A stretch of DNA of 32,000 bases from Candidatus Heimdallarchaeota archaeon (GTDB lineage Archaea > Asgardarchaeota > Heimdallarchaeia > Heimdallarchaeales > Kariarchaeaceae), in assembly GCA_030149205.1 (NCBI GenBank), contig JASBSB010000007.1, positions 180,001 to 212,000 on the forward strand, read 5' to 3'. Below are positions 8,472-17,591 of this stretch, one piece after another (the first letter of the stretch is position 1; every line of letters starts with the position of its first letter). The notes beneath the pieces are model-generated. The model made no database searches. It worked only from the letters and a program-made list of their open reading frames with translations, and had not been told where the DNA came from. The translations under genes were made by a program, and so were the position numbers.

Positions 8472-9254
8472 TTACACCAATACCTTGATTTCCGATGGTT
8501 CCTTTGGAGATGTTTCAATGTTAAGAAGGTAAGAAATGTAAGAAATAAAGGTTATTGGAAAATTCTCAATATCATCAGAAACCGATTTAGGGAAGGTAGA
8601 ATTCTTTATCTCTGAAATAACTGATGATATTTTATCATGGTTTAAAAAGATCAAACTGTTAGGAGGGAGTACATTTTGATCAATATCTAAGTTTGAATAG
8701 AAATACAGCGTTGGTTTTTCTAGCTTTTGATAAATTTTAAGAAATTCAATCAGTAAATTTGAAAATTCAGGAGATTGAAAAGTGAATAATAGTTTATCAA
8801 AGCAAAAATTAAGTGAATAAGAAGGTCCATTTTTAAGAATCGTCATTATTATTGACTTCGTATCATTTTTTATGAACTGAAAATTTGACTTAATAATGGG
8901 TTCTTTTACATTGCTAAAGTATTGTGAAACTTGATGCTTAACATCAATTAACTCATCCATAGGTATACTTCTTAAGGCTTCATTAACCAAAGACTGATCA
9001 CTGATAAATTCTGAAAAATCATGGACATCGTTAATCCCAAGACGTTCAAATTTGTGAATTACATCTTTAGAAACACCAGGTAAGTTGGTTAAGAGGGGAG
9101 TTTGAATAGCCTTTTCTCTTACTTTTCTATCAGCTAATTTTGCATATAGACTTGGGAAAAAGAATAAGTTTGCTTCAATATCTTTTGAACCTGATAATAA
9201 AAACTTGGTTTTTGAAGACATAATATAACTGCTTATAAGTTTATTAAAACACAT
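8472..9254 (-). CDS. Hypothetical protein with a helix-hairpin-helix (HhH) motif
   Basis: LTNLPGVSKDVIHKFERLGINDVHDF resembles the HhH consensus L-x-x-LPGVG...L-x-x-x-G-x-x-x-V-x-D. The start may be Met12. Confidence 0.55.
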   Translation of the reverse strand: MCFNKLISSYIMSSKTKFLLSGSKDIEANLFFFPSLYAKLADRKVREKAIQTPLLTNLPGVSKDVIHKFERLGINDVHDFSEFISDQSLVNEALRSIPMDELIDVKHQVSQYFSNVKEPIIKSNFQFIKNDTKSIIMTILKNGPSYSLNFCFDKLLFTFQSPEFSNLLIEFLKIYQKLEKPTLYFYSNLDIDQNVLPPNSLIFLNHDKISSVISEIKNSTFPKSVSDDIENFPITFISYISYLLNIETSPKEPSEIKVLV

Positions 9255-9280
9255 TAAAATTTAGATTTCTAAATTTGAAT

Positions 9281-9293
9281 TTCTCGCGCTCAA
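9281..9293 (+). promoter_or_regulatory. CGCG-core upstream motif, copy 1 (upstream of rpl21e)
   Basis: TTCTCGCGCTCAA, similar to TTTACGCGCTCAC (21768-21780, minus) and TTTACGCGTCAA (22516-22527). Confidence 0.4.
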
Positions 9294-9344
9294 TCGAATT
9301 CTATTAAAAGCAAGGAAAAAATAAATATTAAGAAGGAATACTCC

Positions 9345-9653
9345 ATGAGAAAATCAAAAGGATTCGATAATCGAACAAGAAAATTATTTAAAAGAAAAGC
9401 CAGAGAAAAGGGATTAAAATCTTTAAGATATCTTCTTGAACCCTTTGAGGTTGGACAAAATGTAGATATTATTTTGAACTCCCAAGAACAACGAGGTAGA
9501 CCACATAAGAGATATCATGGGAAAAAAGGTGTTGTTTCTAAGATTCAGGGACAATCATATGTAATTATGGTTAAAACTGGGAACAGTGAAACACAGATTA
9601 TCTCAAGACCTGAACACTTAAGACCTTCTCATGTTTTTAGTGAAGAGGAGTAA
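9345..9653 (+). CDS. rpl21e: 50S ribosomal protein eL21
   Basis: MRKSKGF..RTRKLF.RK.RE+G...FEVGQNVDI...RGRPHKRYHGKKGVV...IISRPEHLRP. Confidence 0.97.
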   Translation: MRKSKGFDNRTRKLFKRKAREKGLKSLRYLLEPFEVGQNVDIILNSQEQRGRPHKRYHGKKGVVSKIQGQSYVIMVKTGNSETQIISRPEHLRPSHVFSEEE

Positions 9654-9665
9654 GGATTCTATAGT

Positions 9666-10133
9666 ATGCCAAAAGAGATCCATTCTTACAAACCAATTTC
9701 TATTCCTGAAGTAAGAGAGATATTAAAATCGAGGAAAAAAGATGCTGAGGAGTTAGGGGAAGAACTTAGTTATATCCAATCTGTTGCTTTGGATCACGCT
9801 GTCATAGTTTCAAGAACTTCTTCAGATGAAGCAATAAAAACAGTCAAGAAATTAGTCAAAGAGTTCAAGATAAGTGAAATGGGTGCTATTGCTCTCGTAA
9901 ATTATTTACCAGGATCTGTCCATTCTGTCAGAGTGTTGCTTGATACCGAGGGAAAAAATAAGGAAACATCAGAATTAGAACAGATTTTAGAAGTTCTTAA
10001 TGGAGTCAAAAGAATTAACGCACGTGAGATAGAGAAAAAAGAAGAAGAAGAAAAGGAATTAGTAGAAGAACCACTTGATGAACCAAGTGAAGAAAAAGAA
10101 CTACCAGATGTAATTCCTGAGGATCTTTTATAA
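9666..10133 (+). CDS. rpo4: RNA polymerase subunit Rpo4 (RpoF) with acidic C-terminal tail
   Basis: KPISIPEVREIL...ELSYIQ..ALDHA, ALVNYLPGS...VR..L; canonical rpl21e-rpoF-DUF655 order. Confidence 0.9.
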   Translation: MPKEIHSYKPISIPEVREILKSRKKDAEELGEELSYIQSVALDHAVIVSRTSSDEAIKTVKKLVKEFKISEMGAIALVNYLPGSVHSVRVLLDTEGKNKETSELEQILEVLNGVKRINAREIEKKEEEEKELVEEPLDEPSEEKELPDVIPEDLL

Positions 10134-10253
10134 AAAATAAATAAATTTTGTCTAGTTTGTATTTCATAATGAGGAACTTTTATTATTTGAGGAATATAAG
10201 ACAATTTTAAGGAAAAATCTAGTAGTTACATTTTAAAAATAGATAAAATTTCC

Positions 10254-10910
10254 GTGGAGATACACAAAATGAGTGAGACAGAAAAACGAGGTCAGACTGA
10301 TAAAAAATATGAAGAAAAAGCAATCATTCTGGACACATTTTCACCTGATATAAACAGAAGATATGAGAAATATAAAGGTAAGTTGATTGCTCAGGCAGTT
10401 GGAAAAACGTGGTTTACTTTGTTTGAACTGGTTATAAAAGAAGGATACTCGATAATTTTGCAAGACGAAGTTAATCTAAACAAGGATTCAAGAGAGGAAG
10501 TTGAAACTATAATTGGAAGAATAGGCTATGACAAACTTACAAATATCGGGACCTCTCAGCTTGAGATAATTATAAACAAGATAATTAAGGAGAGAGAGGA
10601 TTATTTTGTAAAATGGTTCAATAAAACACCTCCAATAAGTATCAGACTACACTCATTGCAGCTAATTAAAGGAATTGGTCCTAAATTAATGCAATCCATA
10701 CTAAAGGAACGAGAAAAACAACCTTTTACAAGTTTTGAAGATATCCAAGAAAGAGTCGGGATTAGTAACATTCAGAATTTAATAAAACAGAGAATATTAG
10801 AAGAGATAATGGATCCAAACGAAAAACATAAGCTTTTCACCAGACAACAAAAGGATAAAAGAGAGTATAATAAGCGGCCATCATTTAGAAGGAGAAGAAA
10901 TAACTATTAA
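10254..10910 (+). CDS. DUF655 family protein (HhH, putative RNA-binding)
   Basis: EEKAIILD, AQAVGKTWFTLFEL, RLHSLQLIKGIGPK, PFTSFEDIQERV; conserved position after rpoF. The ATG at 10269 is an alternative start. Confidence 0.92.
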   Translation: MEIHKMSETEKRGQTDKKYEEKAIILDTFSPDINRRYEKYKGKLIAQAVGKTWFTLFELVIKEGYSIILQDEVNLNKDSREEVETIIGRIGYDKLTNIGTSQLEIIINKIIKEREDYFVKWFNKTPPISIRLHSLQLIKGIGPKLMQSILKEREKQPFTSFEDIQERVGISNIQNLIKQRILEEIMDPNEKHKLFTRQQKDKREYNKRPSFRRRRNNY

Positions 10911-11608
10911 ACCCCTCTTTTAGGTCCCCACACAGTGAGATGTAGTCTTGTTGTTAAATTATATCCTGTGGACTTACATATCTCAATTAAATTTGGAAGC
11001 TTTTGTACCATTTCAGAATGATTTCTAGATTGAGGCATGAGATATATCTTCTTAGCTAATGAATCTTCTGAAAGAGCTTCTAACAAAAATTCAATTTCCT
11101 TAATTTCTTCATAATTTCCCTCAACAACAAATTTAAGTTGAAAATCTTTCCCTTTGTCATCAACAAATTTCTTTAGTTCTGGGATCTTAACTCTTTGCTG
11201 CTCGTGTACTTTTTCAAATCTTCCTTTTGGGGTAGAATTAGATAATTTCGGACTTAGTGAAATGAAATCAGCTGATGTAGAGACAAATCTTGTTCCATTT
11301 GTTTCTATAGTTACAAAATAATCCAGATTTTTTAAAGAATCAATTAAGGTTGGAAGGTCAGATTGCAAGAAAGGTTCACCTCCTGTTATGACGATATGAG
11401 GCTTAGTTGGTGAATTATAACTTAGATTATTTATTTCTTTCAATATCTCTTCGATGGTTTTGGAGTTTTTCTCCGGATTCCAGCTGGTGTATGGTGTATC
11501 ACACCATTTACATCTTAAGTTACAGTATGAGGTCCGAACAAAAATAGATGGAACACCTATATACTTTCCTTCACCCTGAATTGAATAAAAAATTTCAGAG
11601 ATTTTCAT
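10907..11608 (-). CDS. queE: 7-carboxy-7-deazaguanine synthase (radical SAM)
   Basis: EIFYSIQGEG, CNLRCKWCDT (CxxxCxxC), VITGGEPFLQ, IETNGT, SLSPKLSNS, RLHLTVWG. Confidence 0.95.
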   Translation of the reverse strand: MKISEIFYSIQGEGKYIGVPSIFVRTSYCNLRCKWCDTPYTSWNPEKNSKTIEEILKEINNLSYNSPTKPHIVITGGEPFLQSDLPTLIDSLKNLDYFVTIETNGTRFVSTSADFISLSPKLSNSTPKGRFEKVHEQQRVKIPELKKFVDDKGKDFQLKFVVEGNYEEIKEIEFLLEALSEDSLAKKIYLMPQSRNHSEMVQKLPNLIEICKSTGYNLTTRLHLTVWGPKRGV

Positions 11609-11625
11609 TTTTTTAGCAACAAGAA

Positions 11626-11637
11626 TTCATAAGAAAC
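11626..11637 (+). promoter_or_regulatory. Mini-ORB-like element
   Basis: TTCA-TAA-GAAAC; the 11-mer TTCATAAGAAA recurs inverted at 11893-11903. Confidence 0.4.
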
Positions 11638-11753
11638 AGAATTTAAAATATTATAGACTGGTTAACATAATTACAAAAGAAAAAAGTCATATTATCCAAA
11701 AAAGGTCAATCTTTGGTATTACAATATAAAACAAAGTAATATTATACCCTAGA

Positions 11754-11775
11754 ACCCCTTTATTTCACGTAGAAC
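11754..11775 (-). promoter_or_regulatory. ORB-like origin recognition box A
   Basis: Minus strand reads GTTCTACGTGAAATAAAGGGGT, fitting the archaeal ORB pattern GTTCCA-N3-GAAA(C/T)-N-GGGG. Confidence 0.65.
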
Positions 11776-11959
11776 AATAATTAAAACAGGTATTTTGAAT
11801 TTTACAAATAATGAAAGATATTCAAAATTCCAGAATAAAATCCTAATGAATAAATAAAATAAAATTAAATAAAAATAGAGTATGGGGTGTTATTTCTTAT
11901 GAAAATAATATTAATATTATTTTTATCAAGTAAAATTATTTTATACATGTAAATTCTAA
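11776..11959. other. AT-rich spacer, candidate duplex unwinding element
   Basis: Hand count 28 G/C in 184 bp (~85% AT), bounded by two inverted ORB-like boxes. Confidence 0.55.
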
Positions 11960-11982
11960 GGTCCATTTGAAATGGTAGGGGT
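11960..11982 (+). promoter_or_regulatory. ORB-like origin recognition box B
   Basis: GGTCCATTTGAAATGGTAGGGGT: TCCA-N3-GAAAT core plus G-string, inverted relative to box A. Confidence 0.7.
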
Positions 11983-12662
11983 ATGGACACATTATCCTGA
12001 TCTAATTCTTTTTCTTACCAGTTACTTGTTAAATGATGTGTAATCCCTAATTGAAGAGAGATTTCTGATAAATTTCCGCTGTAGAAGCGCGCTTTCAGGT
12101 GAACAAATCCTACAAATTGTGACATGAAATATTATAATTAACCACATTAAAATTTACTATATCATTATTTATGATGATTTTATTACTATTAGGGCTTTAA
12201 ATTGCGTAGTAATACAAATTAATTATTGGTCATATCTTTGTCTAGGAAATTTTACTTCAGGTTAATTAAATTTCCTTCACCCTTCAAACGGTATATTATG
12301 TTTTTAGCAATTCCAAAAGAAAGATAAAAGCAAACAAAATTTATTTATTTATTGATATAAAATTGATTCTCTTTCTATTTCCTTAACCAATTATTCTTAG
12401 TTCTAGTTAAGTAAATTCAATATCATCAGTATATCTTTACGTAATATTTATTGAAACTAAGTAAAACTGAATTGTTAAATCTATGAGTAATAGGTCTTTT
12501 TCTTCTCTAACCATTTATTATAGCATCCATTTGGTTATTTTACTTATTCAATATAAAAGAATAAATTTTTTTCTTAAACTTAGTTTTTTCAAATTTTTGT
12601 GAATCTAACTAGAAGGTAATAAAGGTCACATATCAAATTTGAATTATAACTGGAGAATCAAA

Positions 12663-12845
12663 ATGACAAAAGGAACACCATCTTATGGTAAACACAACAA
12701 AAGAGGCTCTCATATCATATGTAGAAGATGTGGAAAGCATAGTCTTCACATGCAGAAAAAAATTTGTGCAAGTTGTGGATTTGGTAGAACAGCTAAAAGA
12801 AAGGCATCTGGATGGAGAAAATTAAAAGACTACTCAAAAAGGTAA
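12663..12845 (+). CDS. rpl37e: 50S ribosomal protein eL37
   Basis: [35 protein letters not shown] at 12663 follows GGAGA and is preferred over the ORF-track TTG at 12639. Confidence 0.97.
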   Translation: MTKGTPSYGKHNKRGSHIICRRCGKHSLHMQKKICASCGFGRTAKRKASGWRKLKDYSKR

Positions 12846-13859
12846 ATGAATGAGTTAGATACATTTTCCAGAGCATTTGAACTATATTTTAAACAACATC
12901 AAATTCCAATTTCCCGATCTGAGTTTCTAGTATTTTCTGGTCAATGGTTAAGAGTCTCTTTAGCATACCTTCTTAAAAGACAAGTAAATTTGGGTCACCC
13001 TTATGGTGAGTTATCCTGGGATTTTTTAGGATTAATAAGAAATACTTTTGGTGATCTTAATTTATCTGTTAAGTTTATTTCTGGGGTTGAAAGAAATAAT
13101 TTGGCTAAAAATACCATAGCCAAGGGAGAAAGGGAATTTTCAGATAAGTATGTCAAATATGTATCATCAAAAGATGAGTTTATCTCTGTTATTGAAAAAA
13201 TGGCAAATCTGTCAGAAGAAGCAGTAATTGGAAAAAATGATGGAAAATATTATTTTTTGACAAATTCACGAGATTCGGGTTCAGTTTCATACAGTGATGT
13301 TATACAAAATGTTACCGAATATTATGAACTCCCATTTGGTCCTATTATTTTTGTTCCTTTAAACACAAAATCAGTCGGTGTAGTAGATTTTCCATGGAAT
13401 TCAATACGATACTTATCATGGACCTTTGAAAGAGGAGAAGAGAGAACAGAATCTGTGGATAAATTTGGTTACACATCGGTAAGTGGGTGGAAAGCATATG
13501 CACGTTGGATGAATCATTATATCTTACCTGACAGAGGAAAATCTATATTCCACCAAAACATAAGAAACCTCCCATCTCTTATTAGAGATAGAAGATTAAC
13601 AAGTATTACTTATTGGGAAAAATTAGCAGAACAGAATCAACATAAAGATCTTTCAGCTGTAATTTCAAAGCTAATAAAAATTCTGAATTCCTCCATAGAA
13701 ATAACAAATAGAATAGATCTTTATTATTCAAATGATATCCAAGATAAAGCTGTAAGGCAACTAATAAGAGAACTATATTTTAATGAACAAAAGACATTAC
13801 CAGTATTTAATGAACTTAAGAGAATATATCATAATATTCACCATAAAAAGTTAGAATAA
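12846..13859 (+). CDS. Hypothetical protein (337 aa)
   Basis: Long ORF directly after rpl37e; no family I can confidently recognise. Confidence 0.8.
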   Translation: MNELDTFSRAFELYFKQHQIPISRSEFLVFSGQWLRVSLAYLLKRQVNLGHPYGELSWDFLGLIRNTFGDLNLSVKFISGVERNNLAKNTIAKGEREFSDKYVKYVSSKDEFISVIEKMANLSEEAVIGKNDGKYYFLTNSRDSGSVSYSDVIQNVTEYYELPFGPIIFVPLNTKSVGVVDFPWNSIRYLSWTFERGEERTESVDKFGYTSVSGWKAYARWMNHYILPDRGKSIFHQNIRNLPSLIRDRRLTSITYWEKLAEQNQHKDLSAVISKLIKILNSSIEITNRIDLYYSNDIQDKAVRQLIRELYFNEQKTLPVFNELKRIYHNIHHKKLE

Positions 13860-13864
13860 GAAAC

Positions 13865-14806
13865 TTAAATTTCTTGTAATTGATTCTGTATTTCACATGC
13901 TTTACAAATTAATTTTGTTGAGGGTTCATTACAATTTATACATCTGTTTAGTATCCCAGAACTCTCTTGGGTAGGATTAAGATTAATTATATCATCTCCA
14001 GATTTTAGTATAGAAAAAATAACTCCTGGTGATTTTTCTTTGTAGTTTGTTAAAATGTCTCGAATTACTCCTCGGTGAGCTTCCAAAGAATTGGGGCATG
14101 GTGTTTCTTGATACTTCAGATTATTAAAATGGGCGTATAATACAATCTCTTCTTCTGATGTCCATCTGAAAGGTTTAACTCTAGGAACGAAAGCATTATC
14201 CTTTAATTGAGGTTCAGGTAAACTTCTAAGCGTTTTTAATACATTTCCAGAAAGCACATTCATAAGAATTGTTTGAGCTTCATCATCTGCGTTATGACCT
14301 GTGGCCAGTTTATCTGCCCCCAAATCTCGAGAAGTCTCATTCAGTAATTTTCTTCTAAATACACCACAGTATGAACAAGCTCCTAATCGTTTTGTATTGC
14401 TCATATCAAATTTCGTTAACAGGTTATCTAGTGTAACCCCAATTTTTTCTTCAAATGAAACTATTACATGTTCAACTTCAGCCTTTTTTGCTGCATTTTT
14501 TGCAAATTTTAATCCATCTTTTCTGTATCCTGTTATACCCTCATCAACAGTTACAGCAATAAGTTCTGTTTGATGTCCTCTTTGTAATTTTTTTAAAGTT
14601 TCTAACAATACAACAGAATCTTTTCCTCCTGATAATCCTACAACTATTTTATCATTTCTCTTGAGGAGTTTGTATTTATTGATAGTTCTTTGAACCTTCT
14701 TGGTGAACTGGGAGTTGAAATGTTGTTTACAGAGCTTAACTTTATCCCAAGGTCTAACCCATCCAGCTTCTCTTGTACAGAATGTACATTGTGGAATCTT
14801 CAACAT
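13865..14806 (-). CDS. tRNA 2-thiolation protein, TtuA/Ncs6 (CTU1, TIGR00269) family
   Basis: N-terminal CxxC...C..HF zinc site, PP-loop SGGKDS, ACSYCGVFRR, LATGHNADD, RVKPF, C-terminal CINC...CKAC. Confidence 0.92.
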   Translation of the reverse strand: MLKIPQCTFCTREAGWVRPWDKVKLCKQHFNSQFTKKVQRTINKYKLLKRNDKIVVGLSGGKDSVVLLETLKKLQRGHQTELIAVTVDEGITGYRKDGLKFAKNAAKKAEVEHVIVSFEEKIGVTLDNLLTKFDMSNTKRLGACSYCGVFRRKLLNETSRDLGADKLATGHNADDEAQTILMNVLSGNVLKTLRSLPEPQLKDNAFVPRVKPFRWTSEEEIVLYAHFNNLKYQETPCPNSLEAHRGVIRDILTNYKEKSPGVIFSILKSGDDIINLNPTQESSGILNRCINCNEPSTKLICKACEIQNQLQEI

Positions 14807-14907
14807 ATGTCTAATTATTAAATGAATTAAATATCATTAGATAATTTCACTCATTGAAATAAGTACATATTCTAAAGCTTCATATACGATTCTGAGCCAA
14901 TTTAACT

Positions 14908-15216
14908 ATGAATTCCAAAGATAAAAGTGTTGAAATGGCAGCTGAAATTTTATTGGACGGAGGAAAACTACTGCGTGATAGCTGCCCAATTTGTAGAATG
15001 CCAATCTTTGAAAGAAAAGATCACGTCTTATATTGTACGACCTGTAATCGAGAATTAGTAAGAGAAAATAAAGAACCATCTCAAGAGGTAGAACCTTCTT
15101 CCAATCCTATTCAAGAAAAGATTAACTCACTTTCTGAACAGCTGCGGAAAGAACAAGACCCACAAAAAATAATTGAGTATGCCAACTTAATAAAAACTTT
15201 ACAGGAACTACTTTAA
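14908..15216 (+). CDS. UPF0148 / Sjogren autoantigen-1-like zinc-ribbon protein
   Basis: MAAEILLDGGKLL..SCPIC.MPIF......YCTTC followed by a helical tail. Confidence 0.8.
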   Translation: MNSKDKSVEMAAEILLDGGKLLRDSCPICRMPIFERKDHVLYCTTCNRELVRENKEPSQEVEPSSNPIQEKINSLSEQLRKEQDPQKIIEYANLIKTLQELL

Positions 15217-15281
15217 CTGTAAATTTTATGAAAGATACTTATATAGTCACATGACCATTAAGATTTAGAAGAGGAAAGTCA

Positions 15282-17591
15282 ATGAGTAAGAACTTCTTAA
15301 ACCATCCTCGGATAAAACCTGACAAGGTTGAGGCAAGATTATATCAACAGTTATTGTTTGGTGCAGCAGTGAAAGAGAACATTTTGTTAGTTCTTCCAAC
15401 TGGATTAGGGAAAACTGTAATTGTAGTTATGTTGTTTGCTTATTTTTTGGATAAATACCCTGATATGAAGTTGGTTATGACTGCTCCAACACGTCCATTA
15501 ATTGAACAACATGTACAAACAATGGAGTCAATGCTGCAAGTTGATCCTGAGTTTATCATCTCCCTTTCAGGGACTATTCCTCCTCCTCAAAGAAAAGGAC
15601 TGTGGAAGAAGGGGAAGATCTTAATTACAACTCCCCAAACATTAAGAAATGATATTATCTCAAACACATGCGATTTAAAATCAATTAGCTTTCTCTGCAT
15701 TGATGAAGCTCATCGATTAGTTGGTGAGGATAGCACAGTGTTGATTGCAGAGCAATATCGAAATTTAAACCCTGGGGGTAAATTAGTAGGTATTACTGCC
15801 TCTCCAGGATCGAAGGAAAAGATCCTAGAAATAATCAAACATTTGGGTGCTACAAATGTTGAGTTTATGAATGAGGATGATCATACAGTTAAGCCCTATG
15901 TTCATGAGACAAAGGAAGACAAGGTAATTGTTCACCTTCCAGAAGATTTTGAATTTATCTTTAAAAATCTAAAAGCGTTGTTTAATGAAATGATGAAGGT
16001 GTTAATCGAAACTGATGTCATCAAATCAAAGAATTCTATAACAAAAACTAAGCTAATCGCACTTACTAAGGAGCTCAATAAAGAGAGAGGAAGATTGGAA
16101 GATGATGAATTCTTTGCTGCAATGAGCGCAGTCGGGCATGCTCTTCGGATCTCACATGCGCTTGAAGTGTTGGAAACTCAGGGAGTACCAAACCTCTATA
16201 AATATTTCGAGAAACAGAAAAGGGAGTATCAAACAAGCAAAAAGAACTCTCTCAGAAAATTTATGAATCTTCCTCATATGCCAGAAGTCATAGATCATAC
16301 TCGACAACTTTTTGAATCAGGAGTTGTTCACCCAAAGTTAGATGTTTTAATTCAGTTGGTTGAGAAAGAATTTGCTAAGGAAGTTTCAAGCAAAGTTTTA
16401 GTTTTCACAAATTATAGAGATACAGCGAAATTACTATCTGATTATTTGAATAAAATAGAAATTGTTAATTCACAGTGGTTCGTAGGACAAAAATCATCAT
16501 CATTGGACCAAGGTTTAAAACAAAGGGAACAAGTTGAAATTCTAAATAGATTTAAAACAGGTGATATCAATGTCCTTGTAAGTACTTCTGTTGGAGAGGA
16601 GGGTCTAGATGTTTCACAATGTGATTTGGTCATTTTTTATGATATAGTTCCTTCTGCAACTCGATTAATACAAAGAACAGGTAGAACTGGAAGAGCAAGA
16701 AAAGGAAGGGTCATATTTTTGATCGCAAAAGGAACCAGAGATGAAGGTTATTATTACGCATCACAAAATAACAGAGAAAGGTTGAAAAACGAAATAGAAG
16801 AAGTTAAATCAGAACTTAATTCTTCAAAGCAGACCGGTTTAACCAATTTTTTTGAAAACCAAGGGGAAAACAAAGATTTCCCCAGTAAAAATGAGGTAAT
16901 CCAAGATGGTGATTCTTCTTCAAAAGAATCTAATAGTTCACCTATGATTATTATGGATTTAAGAGAGAAAGGTTCTTCAGTTGTGAGACATTTGTTGAAT
17001 CAAGAGATCAACCTAAATGTACAACAGTTAGATGTTGCAGATTATATTCTTTCTAAGAGGGTTGCTGTTGAGAGAAAAACAGTGGAGGACTTTACTTCAA
17101 CTTTGATTCGTGAAGATTTGTTTCCACAACTTTTAAAACTTAAACAGTCATTTTCTAAGCCAATTTTAGTGATTGAAGGTTCTAATCTATACTCAAGTAC
17201 TCTCTCTCAGAACTCAATCAGAGGGACAATTTCATCTATACTTGTAGATTTAGGGATTCCGATTCTGTTCACAGAAAATGAGGAAGAAACTGCATTATAT
17301 TTAGAAAGAATCGCTAAAAGAGAGCAGAAGAGGGAAAACCGTACCCCCAGAATAAAATCCACCAAAGGTTCAAACTCAATGAAAGAGGAACAGCTGAAAA
17401 TGATTTCCAGTATTTCTCACATTAATCTCAAAACTGCAGAAAATCTGTTAAATGAATTTTTAACATTGAGGAACATTGCCAATCAAAATCAGGATGAACT
17501 GAGAAAGGTCAGAGGAATTGGTAAAAAGCTTGCTAATGATATTGAGTTATTATTTACAACTCCCTTTGATGAATCAGGTGAATCCCTTTAA
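15282..17591 (+). CDS. hef: Hef helicase-nuclease (FANCM/XPF-like; SF2 helicase + ERCC4 nuclease + HhH)
   Basis: EARLYQ, LPTGLGKT, DEAH, TASPG, STSVGEEGLD, QRTGRTGR; nuclease ADY..VERKTVEDF; C-terminal VRGIGKK HhH. Confidence 0.96.
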   Translation: MSKNFLNHPRIKPDKVEARLYQQLLFGAAVKENILLVLPTGLGKTVIVVMLFAYFLDKYPDMKLVMTAPTRPLIEQHVQTMESMLQVDPEFIISLSGTIPPPQRKGLWKKGKILITTPQTLRNDIISNTCDLKSISFLCIDEAHRLVGEDSTVLIAEQYRNLNPGGKLVGITASPGSKEKILEIIKHLGATNVEFMNEDDHTVKPYVHETKEDKVIVHLPEDFEFIFKNLKALFNEMMKVLIETDVIKSKNSITKTKLIALTKELNKERGRLEDDEFFAAMSAVGHALRISHALEVLETQGVPNLYKYFEKQKREYQTSKKNSLRKFMNLPHMPEVIDHTRQLFESGVVHPKLDVLIQLVEKEFAKEVSSKVLVFTNYRDTAKLLSDYLNKIEIVNSQWFVGQKSSSLDQGLKQREQVEILNRFKTGDINVLVSTSVGEEGLDVSQCDLVIFYDIVPSATRLIQRTGRTGRARKGRVIFLIAKGTRDEGYYYASQNNRERLKNEIEEVKSELNSSKQTGLTNFFENQGENKDFPSKNEVIQDGDSSSKESNSSPMIIMDLREKGSSVVRHLLNQEINLNVQQLDVADYILSKRVAVERKTVEDFTSTLIREDLFPQLLKLKQSFSKPILVIEGSNLYSSTLSQNSIRGTISSILVDLGIPILFTENEEETALYLERIAKREQKRENRTPRIKSTKGSNSMKEEQLKMISSISHINLKTAENLLNEFLTLRNIANQNQDELRKVRGIGKKLANDIELLFTTPFDESGESL

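Noticed and set aside
10911-10930. G-strings on the minus strand (GGGGACCTAAAAGAGGGGT) resembling an ORB tail
   Set aside because: Encodes the queE C-terminus (WGPKRGV) and lacks the TCCA-N3-GAAA core.
12033-12177. Possible C/D box sRNA (ATGATGT at 12033 with CTGA at 12065; ATGATGA at 12171)
   Set aside because: The first pair is too close and has an imperfect C box; the second has no D box at a suitable distance; such words are expected by chance in AT-rich DNA.
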